A DNA stretch of 64,000 nt, taken from the NCBI GenBank assembly GCA_017436345.1, contig JAFSDH010000004.1, forward strand, positions 200,084 to 264,083, in the 5' to 3' direction. Under the pieces are notes generated by a model. It did no database searches. It was given only the letters and a program-made list of their open reading frames with translations, and was not told where the DNA came from. Position 1 is the stretch's first letter. Every line of letters begins with the position of its first letter. The DNA is from Bacilli bacterium. Its GTDB lineage: Bacteria > Bacillota_I > Bacilli_A > RF39 > UBA660. The position numbers were made by a program, and so were the translations under genes. Shown piece after piece: positions 56,795-64,000 of this stretch.

Positions 56795-57664
56795 ATGCTT
56801 GGTGCAATTATAGGTGATGTCGTAGGCTCTTACTACGAAGTGTTAGAAATAGAAGAAAGAAAAAATAATAAAAAAAATAGAAGTTATGAAGAAAGAATTA
56901 AAATTCTAGATGAAAATATTCCTTTATTTACTGATAAATGTTCAGCAACTGATGATTCAATTCTTACATGTGCAATCTACGATGCTATAAAAAATGGAAA
57001 TAGAGATTATGAAAAATATTTAAAAATATATGGCATAAGAGAAATTAATTTAGGAAAAGATATATATGGAAGAAGTAGATTTGGAAGTGGCTTTGTTGAT
57101 TGGTTAGAAGGAAAAAAAGAAGGAAATAGTTTTGGTAATGGCTCAGCTATGCGAATAAGTCCTGTTGGGTTTTGTTTTAATACTTTAGAAGAAGTAAAAG
57201 AAGAATCAAAAAAAGCAACTATTCCATCACATAATCATGTAAATGCGATTATAGCTAGTGAAGCAGTTGCAACGAGTATTTTTCTTTTAAGAAAAGGTAT
57301 GAGTAAAGAAGAGGTAATAAAATACATAAAAGATAACTATTATGATTTAAATTATGATTTGGAAACCCTTCAAAAAAACTATTCATTCTCATCAAAAGCA
57401 TCTAACTCTGTACCTCAAGCATTATATATCTTCTCTATAGCAAATAGCTTTGAAGATTCAATTAGAAAAGCAATATCAATAGGTGGAGATACCGATACAA
57501 TTGCAGCAATTGTTGGGTCTTTGTCAGAAAGCTATTATGGAATACCTGAAAATCTAAAACAAAGAGTAAAACCATACTTAAAAGATTATATGTATGATTT
57601 GTTAAAAGATAAATATTATAAAAAAGAAAAAGTAAGGGAGAAAAAATATGAAACAAATAATTGA
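56795..57664 (+). CDS. ADP-ribosylglycohydrolase family protein
   Basis: 289 aa. GAIIGDVVGSYYE, ATDDS, GNGSAMRISP, GGDTDTIAAIVGSL. Ends in TGA 57662-57664. Confidence 0.9.
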   Translation: MLGAIIGDVVGSYYEVLEIEERKNNKKNRSYEERIKILDENIPLFTDKCSATDDSILTCAIYDAIKNGNRDYEKYLKIYGIREINLGKDIYGRSRFGSGFVDWLEGKKEGNSFGNGSAMRISPVGFCFNTLEEVKEESKKATIPSHNHVNAIIASEAVATSIFLLRKGMSKEEVIKYIKDNYYDLNYDLETLQKNYSFSSKASNSVPQALYIFSIANSFEDSIRKAISIGGDTDTIAAIVGSLSESYYGIPENLKQRVKPYLKDYMYDLLKDKYYKKEKVREKKYETNN

Positions 57665-58112
57665 TTTACTAAAAGAAAAAAATAAGACAATATCAACTAT
57701 GGAATCTTGTACTGGTGGTGGAGTTGCTAACGCTATTACTAATATCGAAGGAGCTAGTGAAGTATTAAGATATAGTGCTGTAACATATTCTAATGAATAT
57801 AAAATAAAAATGGGTGTTAGTGAAGATATAATTAATAAATATAGTGTATACAGTATGGAAACAGCTATTGAAATGGCAACGAATATAGCAAATTTTGCAA
57901 ATAGTAATATTGGGGTAGGTATTACTGGTAAATTAAATAGAGTTGATATAAATAATCCATATGGAGAGGATAATGTTGTATTTATATCAATCTATGATAA
58001 AGATAATAATAAATATTATAATTACAAAGTAGAAGCAACTGAAGGATCCAGAAAAGAAAATAAAGATCTAGTTATAAATAAAATAAAAGAAGAGTTAATT
58101 AATATAATTTAA
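57648..58112 (+). CDS. pncC: CinA C-terminal domain protein / NMN amidohydrolase PncC-like
   Basis: 154 aa. STMESCTGGGVANAIT...GASEV...AVTYSNEYK...GVGITG. 17-nt overlap with the ARH gene. Confidence 0.8.
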   Translation: MKQIIDLLKEKNKTISTMESCTGGGVANAITNIEGASEVLRYSAVTYSNEYKIKMGVSEDIINKYSVYSMETAIEMATNIANFANSNIGVGITGKLNRVDINNPYGEDNVVFISIYDKDNNKYYNYKVEATEGSRKENKDLVINKIKEELINII

Positions 58113-58129
58113 CTCTTCTTTTATTTTTT
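58087..58129. terminator. Bidirectional terminator ending the NAD operon and the convergent PRT-like gene
   Basis: 12-bp stem AAGAAGAGTTAA / TTAACTCTTCTT, then TTATTTTTT. Confidence 0.75.
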
Positions 58130-58622
58130 ATTCACTAACTTTATGAAAATCATAATATCTATAAAAACTATGTACATCATCTTCTTTAACTTTACTACCA
58201 TCATAGAATACATAAGTACTTATAAGACTTCCTTGATTTTCTAAAACAGCATTTTTAATTTTATCTCTAGTTCTACCTAAATAGAAACTATCGTCTATAA
58301 AGATGATTTTCTTATTTTTGATATTATAATCTTCCCAAAAAGAAATAACATCATAATCTTTTCTTAATCCTCCATTAACAACAATTATTTTTTTATTAAA
58401 ATTTGCATCTAAGTAATTATTACAATAGTCTTTAAAAACAACACCAAATTTACCACTAACAATAATATAGTCAAACTTTTCATTTTCTAAAACCTTATTA
58501 ATCATCATATTAATTAAAGTTTTATCATCACGCAACTTTTCATCAATCGCATCAAAAAACTTTTCTCCACCTTCGTGTTGCTTCAAACATTCGTTAACAA
58601 GACTAGTCATCTTACAAACCAT
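58128..58622 (-). CDS. Phosphoribosyltransferase-like protein (type I PRT PRPP-loop)
   Basis: About 164 aa from ATG 58622 (SD GGGGGA). KIIFIDDSFYLGRTRDKI resembles the PRPP-binding loop. Confidence 0.5.
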   Translation of the reverse strand: MVCKMTSLVNECLKQHEGGEKFFDAIDEKLRDDKTLINMMINKVLENEKFDYIIVSGKFGVVFKDYCNNYLDANFNKKIIVVNGGLRKDYDVISFWEDYNIKNKKIIFIDDSFYLGRTRDKIKNAVLENQGSLISTYVFYDGSKVKEDDVHSFYRYYDFHKVSE

Positions 58623-58679
58623 TATAATCCCCCACAAACTTGCCATATTATATCATGTTTTTAAAAAAAAGTCAATTTA

Positions 58680-58688
58680 TGTTATAAT
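58680..58688 (+). promoter_or_regulatory. Extended -10 element (TGTTATAAT) upstream of the HAD nucleotidase gene
   Basis: Sits in the divergent intergenic region 58623-58703. Confidence 0.4.
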
Positions 58689-58703
58689 TACCATGGTGAT
58701 TTT

Positions 58704-59276
58704 ATGAAAATTGGTTTAGATATTGATAATGTTATTTTAGATACAGATGAAACGATATTAGAAGAAATGATTAAAGAAGATAAGAATAAAAGAAATAAAG
58801 GCATTATTAATGATAAGGCTGAATATATCTTTTCTGGAATGTTTGATTGGTCAAAAGAAGAAATAGATAACTTTTTAAATGTGAAAATGGAAAAGATTGC
58901 AACGAGATTAAAAGCAAAAAAAGACGCTAAAAAATATATCAATAAACTAATTGAGAATAATGAAATAATTTTAATATCAAATCGATCTAAAAAACAATAT
59001 CAAGATGCTCTAAAAACAACTGCTGACAACTTAGAAAAAAATAATATTAATTATACAAAACTTATTATTACAGAAACAAATGACAAAACGGAAGCATGTC
59101 TTAGAGAAAAAATAGATGTATTTATTGATGATCGACCTAGAAATTGTTATTTATTAAAAAATAATAATATAAATTGTATTTTATTTAAGACAAAGTATGA
59201 AACAAGACTATTTAATGATTTAGAAACTGTTTCAAACTGGGATGAATTATATCAAAAATTAATGACAAGAAACTAA
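58704..59276 (+). CDS. HAD-superfamily 5'(3')-(deoxy)nucleotidase-like protein
   Basis: 190 aa. Motif I GLDIDNVILD (DxDxV). Motif IV VFIDDRP. Confidence 0.65.
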   Translation: MKIGLDIDNVILDTDETILEEMIKEDKNKRNKGIINDKAEYIFSGMFDWSKEEIDNFLNVKMEKIATRLKAKKDAKKYINKLIENNEIILISNRSKKQYQDALKTTADNLEKNNINYTKLIITETNDKTEACLREKIDVFIDDRPRNCYLLKNNNINCILFKTKYETRLFNDLETVSNWDELYQKLMTRN

Positions 59277-59316
59277 AATTATGTTATAATAACCCTCGTT
59301 AAAAAGAGGGGATAAT

Positions 59317-59883
59317 ATGCGTAAGAAAGAAGAGATAGAAAAAGACTTAGCTCAAGTTGATTTACAAATAGCTAAACTATGCTTTAATTCTTTTTCATCT
59401 GAAGATGAAAAAAATAAATATTGGAATTTAAAAGACCAGGCTAATGATTTAAGAGAAGAACTTCGTTTTTTAGGTTATAGAAAAATAGCAACTGATGAAG
59501 AAATTGATATATATGAAAACCCAGTCGAAAGAGGAGTAAAAAAATATCATATAACACTTCATAATGTTCCTAAAGAAATAGGTAGTATAAAAATTAGTTA
59601 TGGTGCAACTGCTATTCACAGATTTGGTCATATAGGGTATGAAATTGATGAAAAATATCGTGGACATAACTATACATTACGAGCTTTAGAAATGCTTAAA
59701 GATGAAATGATTGAAAAAGGTTTATTATTTCCAACAATAGCTGCATTCCCAAATAATTTGCCTTCAATTAGAATTATTGAAAATTTTGGTGGGAAGTTAA
59801 TTCATGAAGCTCAAAACAGATTCGATTGGAATATTTATCAAGTAAGACTAAAAGAAAAAACTAAAGAATTAGTAAAAAAATAA
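59317..59883 (+). CDS. GNAT-family N-acetyltransferase with N-terminal coiled extension
   Basis: 188 aa. GYEIDEKYRGHNYTLRALEML (motif A-like). Confidence 0.6.
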   Translation: MRKKEEIEKDLAQVDLQIAKLCFNSFSSEDEKNKYWNLKDQANDLREELRFLGYRKIATDEEIDIYENPVERGVKKYHITLHNVPKEIGSIKISYGATAIHRFGHIGYEIDEKYRGHNYTLRALEMLKDEMIEKGLLFPTIAAFPNNLPSIRIIENFGGKLIHEAQNRFDWNIYQVRLKEKTKELVKK

Positions 59884-59908
59884 ACACTCAAAAGAGTGTT
59901 TTATTTAT
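59882..59908 (+). terminator. Intrinsic terminator
   Basis: AACACTC-aaaa-GAGTGTT, then TTATTTATT. Confidence 0.6.
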
Positions 59909-59952
59909 TGCATAAAATATTTTTTTGTGTTATAATCAAATTGTTAATAAGA
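59908..59952 (+). promoter_or_regulatory. nrtR promoter with third (weaker) copy of the operator
   Basis: TTGCAT (59908-59913), 17 nt, TATAAT (59931-59936). TGTTATAAT-N7-TTAATAAGA (59928-59952) matches the 51621-51645 repeat at 15 of 18 arm positions. Confidence 0.5.
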
Positions 59953-59964
59953 AGAGGTGTAACT

Positions 59965-60792
59965 ATGGAAAAAGAATATAAAACCGAAGAAGAATTTTTA
60001 AAGAATTATGATTCATCAAAGTTCGAAAAATTATCAGCAACAACAGATATTTTAATATTTAGTGTTGCATCTTCTAAACAAGATAATTATCGTAAATTAA
60101 ATAATAAACATTTTAGTGTCTTATTAGTAAAAAGAAAACAGCATCCTTTTAAAGATATGTGGTGTCTACCAGGTGGATTTATTGGTATTGATGAAACTAG
60201 TGAAGATGCAGCTAAAAGAGTTTTAGCTCGTGAAACTAATTTACATAATATTTATTTAGAACAATTATACACATTTGATGAAGTAAATCGTGACCCAAGA
60301 ATGCGTATCATTAGTATTTCTTATGTAGCATTAGTAGATAAAAATAGATTAGATGACACATTATATGAAGATGCATCTTGGTTCAATATGGAAATTGAAG
60401 AAGATGAAAAAAATATTAAAATTAATTTAGATAATGGAGAAGAAAATTTTGATGTTGTAATTAAAAAAACTTTAAAAGAATTAACAACAGATCGTTATAA
60501 ATATACAATTGAAAAAAATACTCGTATAGCATTTGACCATGCCAAAACAATAGCTAGTGGTATTTCTCGTATAAAAAACAAATTAGAATATACAGATATT
60601 GCATTTAATTTAATGCCAGAATATTTCACTTTAGGAGAATTACAACAAGTATATGAAGTTATTTTAGGGAAAAAGTTATTAGATCCTGCTTTCCGTCGTA
60701 TTATTGCATCAAAAGTAGAACAAACTGAAATGACAAGAGTTAATGGTGGACATCGACCATCTAAACTATTTAAATATAAAGGGAATAAGTAA
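59965..60792 (+). CDS. nrtR: Nudix-related transcriptional regulator NrtR
   Basis: About 275 aa from ATG 59965 (SD AGAGGTG). The Nudix box is degenerate (GFIGIDETSEDAAKRVLARETNL: REUxEExGU reads RVLARETNL). C-terminal winged-helix-like region (FTLGELQQVYEVILGKKLLDPAFRR). Embedded in NAD genes. Confidence 0.75.
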   Translation: MEKEYKTEEEFLKNYDSSKFEKLSATTDILIFSVASSKQDNYRKLNNKHFSVLLVKRKQHPFKDMWCLPGGFIGIDETSEDAAKRVLARETNLHNIYLEQLYTFDEVNRDPRMRIISISYVALVDKNRLDDTLYEDASWFNMEIEEDEKNIKINLDNGEENFDVVIKKTLKELTTDRYKYTIEKNTRIAFDHAKTIASGISRIKNKLEYTDIAFNLMPEYFTLGELQQVYEVILGKKLLDPAFRRIIASKVEQTEMTRVNGGHRPSKLFKYKGNK

Positions 60793-61604
60793 TGAAACGT
60801 TTAATTAATAAAATTAAACTTTTTCCTAATGATAATGAAAAAAGTAAAGAAATAGAAAAAATTCTAATCGAAAGATTAGAACTAGCTAACTTTGAAATAG
60901 TAGATAGCAAATATGATTTAGCTATTGCAATTGGTGGAGATGGATCTTTCTTACGAATGGTAAAAAATAATGTATTTGATACTGAAACATTTTATGTAGG
61001 TATAAATGCTGGTACTTTAGGCTTTCTTCAAGAAATATCTATTGATGATATCGATATTTTTATAGAAAGATTGAGTAGTAATGATTTTACGATTCAAAAT
61101 TTTGGAATCCAAGAAACAAAAGTCACTACTAAAGATGGAAATATATCAAGATTTTATTCACTAAATGAAATAGTTGTTCGTGATAGAAATTTAAAAACAG
61201 CAAAATTAATTATCGAAATAGATAATGAATTATTAGAAAAATATATTGGTGATGGTGTTCTTGTATCGACATCAATTGGTTCTACAGCATATAATTTAAG
61301 TTTTGGTGGATCAATTGTATATGATGATTTACATACGCTTCAAATAACACCAATCGCACCCCTTAATACTAAAAGTTATCGTGATGTATTAAATTCTATT
61401 ATCATTCCTGAAAACAGAACAATAACAATAAAACCAACTGATGAAACAACTAGTTTAATAATTAGCGTTGATGGTGAAACAAATACTTATAAAGATGTAG
61501 AAGAAATAAGTACTATTGTAAGAAATAAAAAAATCAAATGTATAAGAATGAATAATTTTAGTTATGCTAAAAAGATAAATGAAAAGTTTTTAACTGAAAA
61601 ATAG
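60792..61604 (+). CDS. nadK: NAD kinase
   Basis: 270 aa. GGDGSFLR, TLGFL, SLNEIVV, STSIGSTAYNLS. Confidence 0.9.
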   Translation: MKRLINKIKLFPNDNEKSKEIEKILIERLELANFEIVDSKYDLAIAIGGDGSFLRMVKNNVFDTETFYVGINAGTLGFLQEISIDDIDIFIERLSSNDFTIQNFGIQETKVTTKDGNISRFYSLNEIVVRDRNLKTAKLIIEIDNELLEKYIGDGVLVSTSIGSTAYNLSFGGSIVYDDLHTLQITPIAPLNTKSYRDVLNSIIIPENRTITIKPTDETTSLIISVDGETNTYKDVEEISTIVRNKKIKCIRMNNFSYAKKINEKFLTEK

Positions 61605-61628
61605 AAGATATTTATATCTTCTTTTTTA
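61603..61628 (+). terminator. Intrinsic terminator after nadK
   Basis: AGAAGATAT / ATATCTTCT, then TTTTT. Confidence 0.7.
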
Positions 61629-61720
61629 AAAAAAGTAAAAAAATGTAAAATTTTGTTGTACAAAAAAACAATTTTGTGATATAATTCTTGTAGTAATGAC
61701 GGAAGGAGGGGAGAAAGTAT

Positions 61721-61927
61721 ATGATTAGAACTACTGTTAAAGATAATAATATCGATGCTGCATTAAAAAGATTTAAACAAAAAGTAGCAAGAGACGGAGT
61801 CCCTTCTGAATGTCGTAAAAGAGAATGCTATGACAAACCAGGAATAAGAAGAAGAGAAGCTAAAAAAGCTGGTATCAAAAATACTCAAAAGAGAAATAGA
61901 GCAAACAATAGAAATAATAATAAATAA
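61721..61927 (+). CDS. rpsU: 30S ribosomal protein S21
   Basis: 68 aa. IDAALKRFKQKVARDGV...CYDKPGIRRREAKK. Confidence 0.95.
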   Translation: MIRTTVKDNNIDAALKRFKQKVARDGVPSECRKRECYDKPGIRRREAKKAGIKNTQKRNRANNRNNNK

Positions 61928-61936
61928 TTTAAAACT

Positions 61937-61959
61937 AAGTGCATAAGCACTTTTTTTTA
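61937..61959 (+). terminator. Intrinsic terminator/attenuator after rpsU
   Basis: AAGTGC-ataa-GCACTT, then T8. Confidence 0.65.
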
Positions 61960-61998
61960 TTCTCTTTTTATGTTAGAATAAGTCAAGGAGATGAGAAT

Positions 61999-62442
61999 AT
62001 GAGCTTATTAGAAAAGTTTAATAAGGATATGATTACAGCCATGAAAGAACAAGATAAAGAAAGACTAACTGTTCTAAGAATGGTAAAAGGAGCTATGCAA
62101 CTAGAACATATTAATAATAAAAAAGAAGTAAATGAGGAATTATTAATTGATTGTGTAGGAAAACAAATAAAGATGCGTAATGATTCAATTAATGAATTTG
62201 AACGCGCTGGAAGACAAGATTTAGCAGATAAAACTAAATCAGAAGTAGTAATTTTAAATGACTATTTACCAGTTCAATTATCTGAAGAAGAAGTAAATGC
62301 TATTATTGATGAAGCATTTAATAAAATCAATCCAACTTCTGCAAAAGAAATGGGATTAATCATGAAAGAAGTAACACCACAATTAAAAGGTAAAGCTGAC
62401 ATGAAAAAAGTAAGTGAAATTATAAAAGGAAAACTAGGATAA
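61999..62442 (+). CDS. yqeY: GatB/YqeY-domain protein
   Basis: 147 aa from ATG 61999 (SD AAGGAG). MSLLEKFNKDMITAMKEQDKERL...LPVQLSEEEV...GKADMKKVSEIIK. Follows rpsU as in Bacillus. Confidence 0.85.
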   Translation: MSLLEKFNKDMITAMKEQDKERLTVLRMVKGAMQLEHINNKKEVNEELLIDCVGKQIKMRNDSINEFERAGRQDLADKTKSEVVILNDYLPVQLSEEEVNAIIDEAFNKINPTSAKEMGLIMKEVTPQLKGKADMKKVSEIIKGKLG

Positions 62443-62518
62443 GCCTAGTTTTTTTATTATATCGAGTTGAAGTGAATAAATATAAGTGATAAAATTTATT
62501 TATAATATGGAGGAACTT

Positions 62519-62929
62519 ATGGACGATTTAACAACTCTTATTTTAGAAAATAAAGAAATAGTATTATTATCATCAGGATTAATTTTATTAGCCATTATAT
62601 TATATCTATTGATAATTGCTATTGATAAAAAAAACAATACTATTAAGATAAAAGTAATTCCTAAAATAAATATAAATATCGAACTACATGAAGATGGTGC
62701 CGAGTTAATATCATATTCTTATATAGAGGATATTTTAAAATTAAACAAAATTCCTAAAAAAATATCAGTCGATGCTTTCTTTGAGTATATGCCTAAAGAT
62801 ATCGTTATCGAATATGATTATCAAATAACATTTATTTCAAATAACAATAATCAATCTAAAAGAGTAGGAATAACTACTGATATTGAAGAAATAAAAGATC
62901 AAATACTAAATTTAAAAAAATACCACTAA
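62519..62929 (+). CDS. Hypothetical single-pass membrane protein
   Basis: About 136 aa (alternative starts at 62486 and 62507). TM helix VLLSSGLILLAIILYLLIIAI. Confidence 0.45.
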   Translation: MDDLTTLILENKEIVLLSSGLILLAIILYLLIIAIDKKNNTIKIKVIPKININIELHEDGAELISYSYIEDILKLNKIPKKISVDAFFEYMPKDIVIEYDYQITFISNNNNQSKRVGITTDIEEIKDQILNLKKYH

Positions 62930-62994
62930 AGACATATCTATGTCTTTTTTTAATATTTTCATAAATAAATTAATATAATTATACAGGTGATAGT

Positions 62995-63228
62995 ATGTCA
63001 GGAATAATTAATTATATAAGAGATAATGAATTTAGAATAAATATATATGAAAATAAAGTTAATATTGTCAATTATATCGATTTATTATCGATGGAAGAAG
63101 AAAGAATATCACTAACGTCATCTATTGGTAGAGTTATAATTAAGGGTAATAATTTGTCGGTAAAAAAATTATTAAATAAAGAATTATTAATTGTTGGAAA
63201 AATCAATAATATAGAAATAGGTGATTAA
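62995..63228 (+). CDS. yqfC: Sporulation protein YqfC
   Basis: 77 aa. RVIIKGNNLSVKKLLNKELLIVGKINNIEI pattern. Immediately upstream of yqfD. Confidence 0.75.
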   Translation: MSGIINYIRDNEFRINIYENKVNIVNYIDLLSMEEERISLTSSIGRVIIKGNNLSVKKLLNKELLIVGKINNIEIGD

Positions 63229-64000
63229 ATGTTTAATAATTACTATGAATTAAAAATAGAAGGAAAAGATGTTAAACGTTTTTTAAGGCAACTATATAAA
63301 ATGAATATATATTTTGAAAACGTAAAATATATGAATCAATATGTATATGTAAAAGTAAATAAAGATAATTATGAAAAAATTAAAAAAATCAAAACTATAT
63401 ATAAAATAAAAATTAATAAATTATATGGATTGAATAAAATAAAAGATATTATCTATCGAAATAATATTTTTTTTATATGTATTCTTTTAGGAGTAATTTT
63501 ATTAAATGTACTCTGTAATATTATTTTTGAGATAGAAATAAAAACAGATAATAAGGAAATATCTAGTTTAGTAGAAAAAGAATTAAAAGAAAATGGTATA
63601 AAAAAATATAGTTTTATCAAAAAATATGAAAAACGTAAGGAAATTATCGAGAAAATACTTAATAATAATAAAGATGAATTAGAATGGTTAGAAATAGAAA
63701 GAAAGGGTACAAAATACATTGTAAGAGTTGAAGAAAGAATTATAAAAACAAAAAATAATAAATGTAAACCTAGAAACATTATAGCTAAAAGAGACGGTAT
63801 TATAATGAGTATTAATTCTTCTAGTGGTGAAATAAAGAAAGCAACAAATGATTATGTTAAAAAAGGCGATATTATAATTAGTGGAATCATTACTAAAAAT
63901 GAAGAAGAAAAAAATAGAATTTGCGCTGAAGGAAAAGTATATGCAGAAACATGGTATCAAGTTAAGGTTGAAGTTCCATATAACTATAAAGAAGTAATTT
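63229..64000 (+). CDS. yqfD: Stage IV sporulation protein YqfD, N-terminal part (runs off window end)
   Basis: Not in the track because there is no stop in the window. ATG 63229 directly follows the yqfC stop. MFNNYYELKIEGKDVKRFLRQLYKMNIYF..., TM helix NNIFFICILLGVILLNVL, then ...LEWLEIERKGTKYIVRVEERI...RNIIAKRDGII... Confidence 0.8.
   Translation, partial: MFNNYYELKIEGKDVKRFLRQLYKMNIYFENVKYMNQYVYVKVNKDNYEKIKKIKTIYKIKINKLYGLNKIKDIIYRNNIFFICILLGVILLNVLCNIIFEIEIKTDNKEISSLVEKELKENGIKKYSFIKKYEKRKEIIEKILNNNKDELEWLEIERKGTKYIVRVEERIIKTKNNKCKPRNIIAKRDGIIMSINSSSGEIKKATNDYVKKGDIIISGIITKNEEEKNRICAEGKVYAETWYQVKVEVPYNYKEVI

Noticed and set aside
63453-63960. Two minus-strand ORFs (108 and 90 aa).
   Set aside because: Both are antisense to the open yqfD reading frame, which starts at 63229 and runs off the window. 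Their products are hydrophobic low-complexity mirror-frame sequences.
1-64000. Genetic code 4 or 25 (TGA read as Trp or Gly) as the explanation for the interrupted gene at 18887 and the rarity of TGA stops.
   Set aside because: Every Trp I checked in conserved proteins (thioredoxin WCGPC, adhE, rpsB, pnuC) is TGG. Long conserved genes are unbroken under the standard code. A reassigned AT-rich genome would be littered with in-frame TGA. The narrower observations are kept as separate findings.
1-64000. Prophage, integrative element or genomic island.
   Set aside because: No integrase, recombinase, transposase, tRNA attachment site or flanking direct repeats were seen. Conserved housekeeping synteny (infC-rpmI-rplT, rpsB-tsf, rpsU-yqeY-yqfC-yqfD) runs through the window.

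Overview
This is a very AT-rich, gene-dense chromosomal segment from an endospore-forming Bacillota (Firmicutes) organism. The spore assignment rests on gerA-type germinant receptor genes at the left end and rpsU-yqeY-yqfC-yqfD synteny at the right end. I support about 80 protein genes, nearly all on the + strand. I saw no rRNA, tRNA, CRISPR array, transposase, integrase or prophage signature.

Gene order, left to right:
- ger(x)C/gerA-type genes, an RlmCD-type methyltransferase and secreted or anchored surface proteins
- a tightly coupled thioredoxin / radical-SAM / HD operon, then an orphan 3-gene operon
- perR-rubrerythrin, an acyl-CoA ligase, and a paralog pair in which one copy is interrupted by TGA
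- an ABC exporter with a leader ORF, folD, a degenerate iPGM-like membrane protein, yggS and adhE
- L20 leader-infC-rpmI-rplT-rpsB-tsf, gmk, rnc and an RNase J-like gene
- a ~17 kb NAD salvage/recycling supercluster (pncA-pncB-nudix-nadE ... prs-nadD-pnuC-nadR ... ARH-pncC ... nrtR-nadK)

The supercluster is driven by near-identical promoters that carry a shared inverted-repeat operator.

Best candidates for something undescribed:
1. A Ser/Cys-rich 133-aa protein is translationally coupled to a radical SAM enzyme and an ADP-ribosylglycohydrolase inside the NrtR-type NAD operon (55463-57664).
2. Two large tandem paralogs of unknown function sit in the same cluster (48619-51538).
3. A six-gene operon runs FTRc-like / Trx / membrane protein / deoxyribosyltransferase-like / radical SAM / HD (8753-11995).
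4. TGA stop codons are nearly absent, and one in-frame TGA splits a gene whose homology continues downstream.

All family calls come from motifs read by eye and recalled family signatures. No database search was run.
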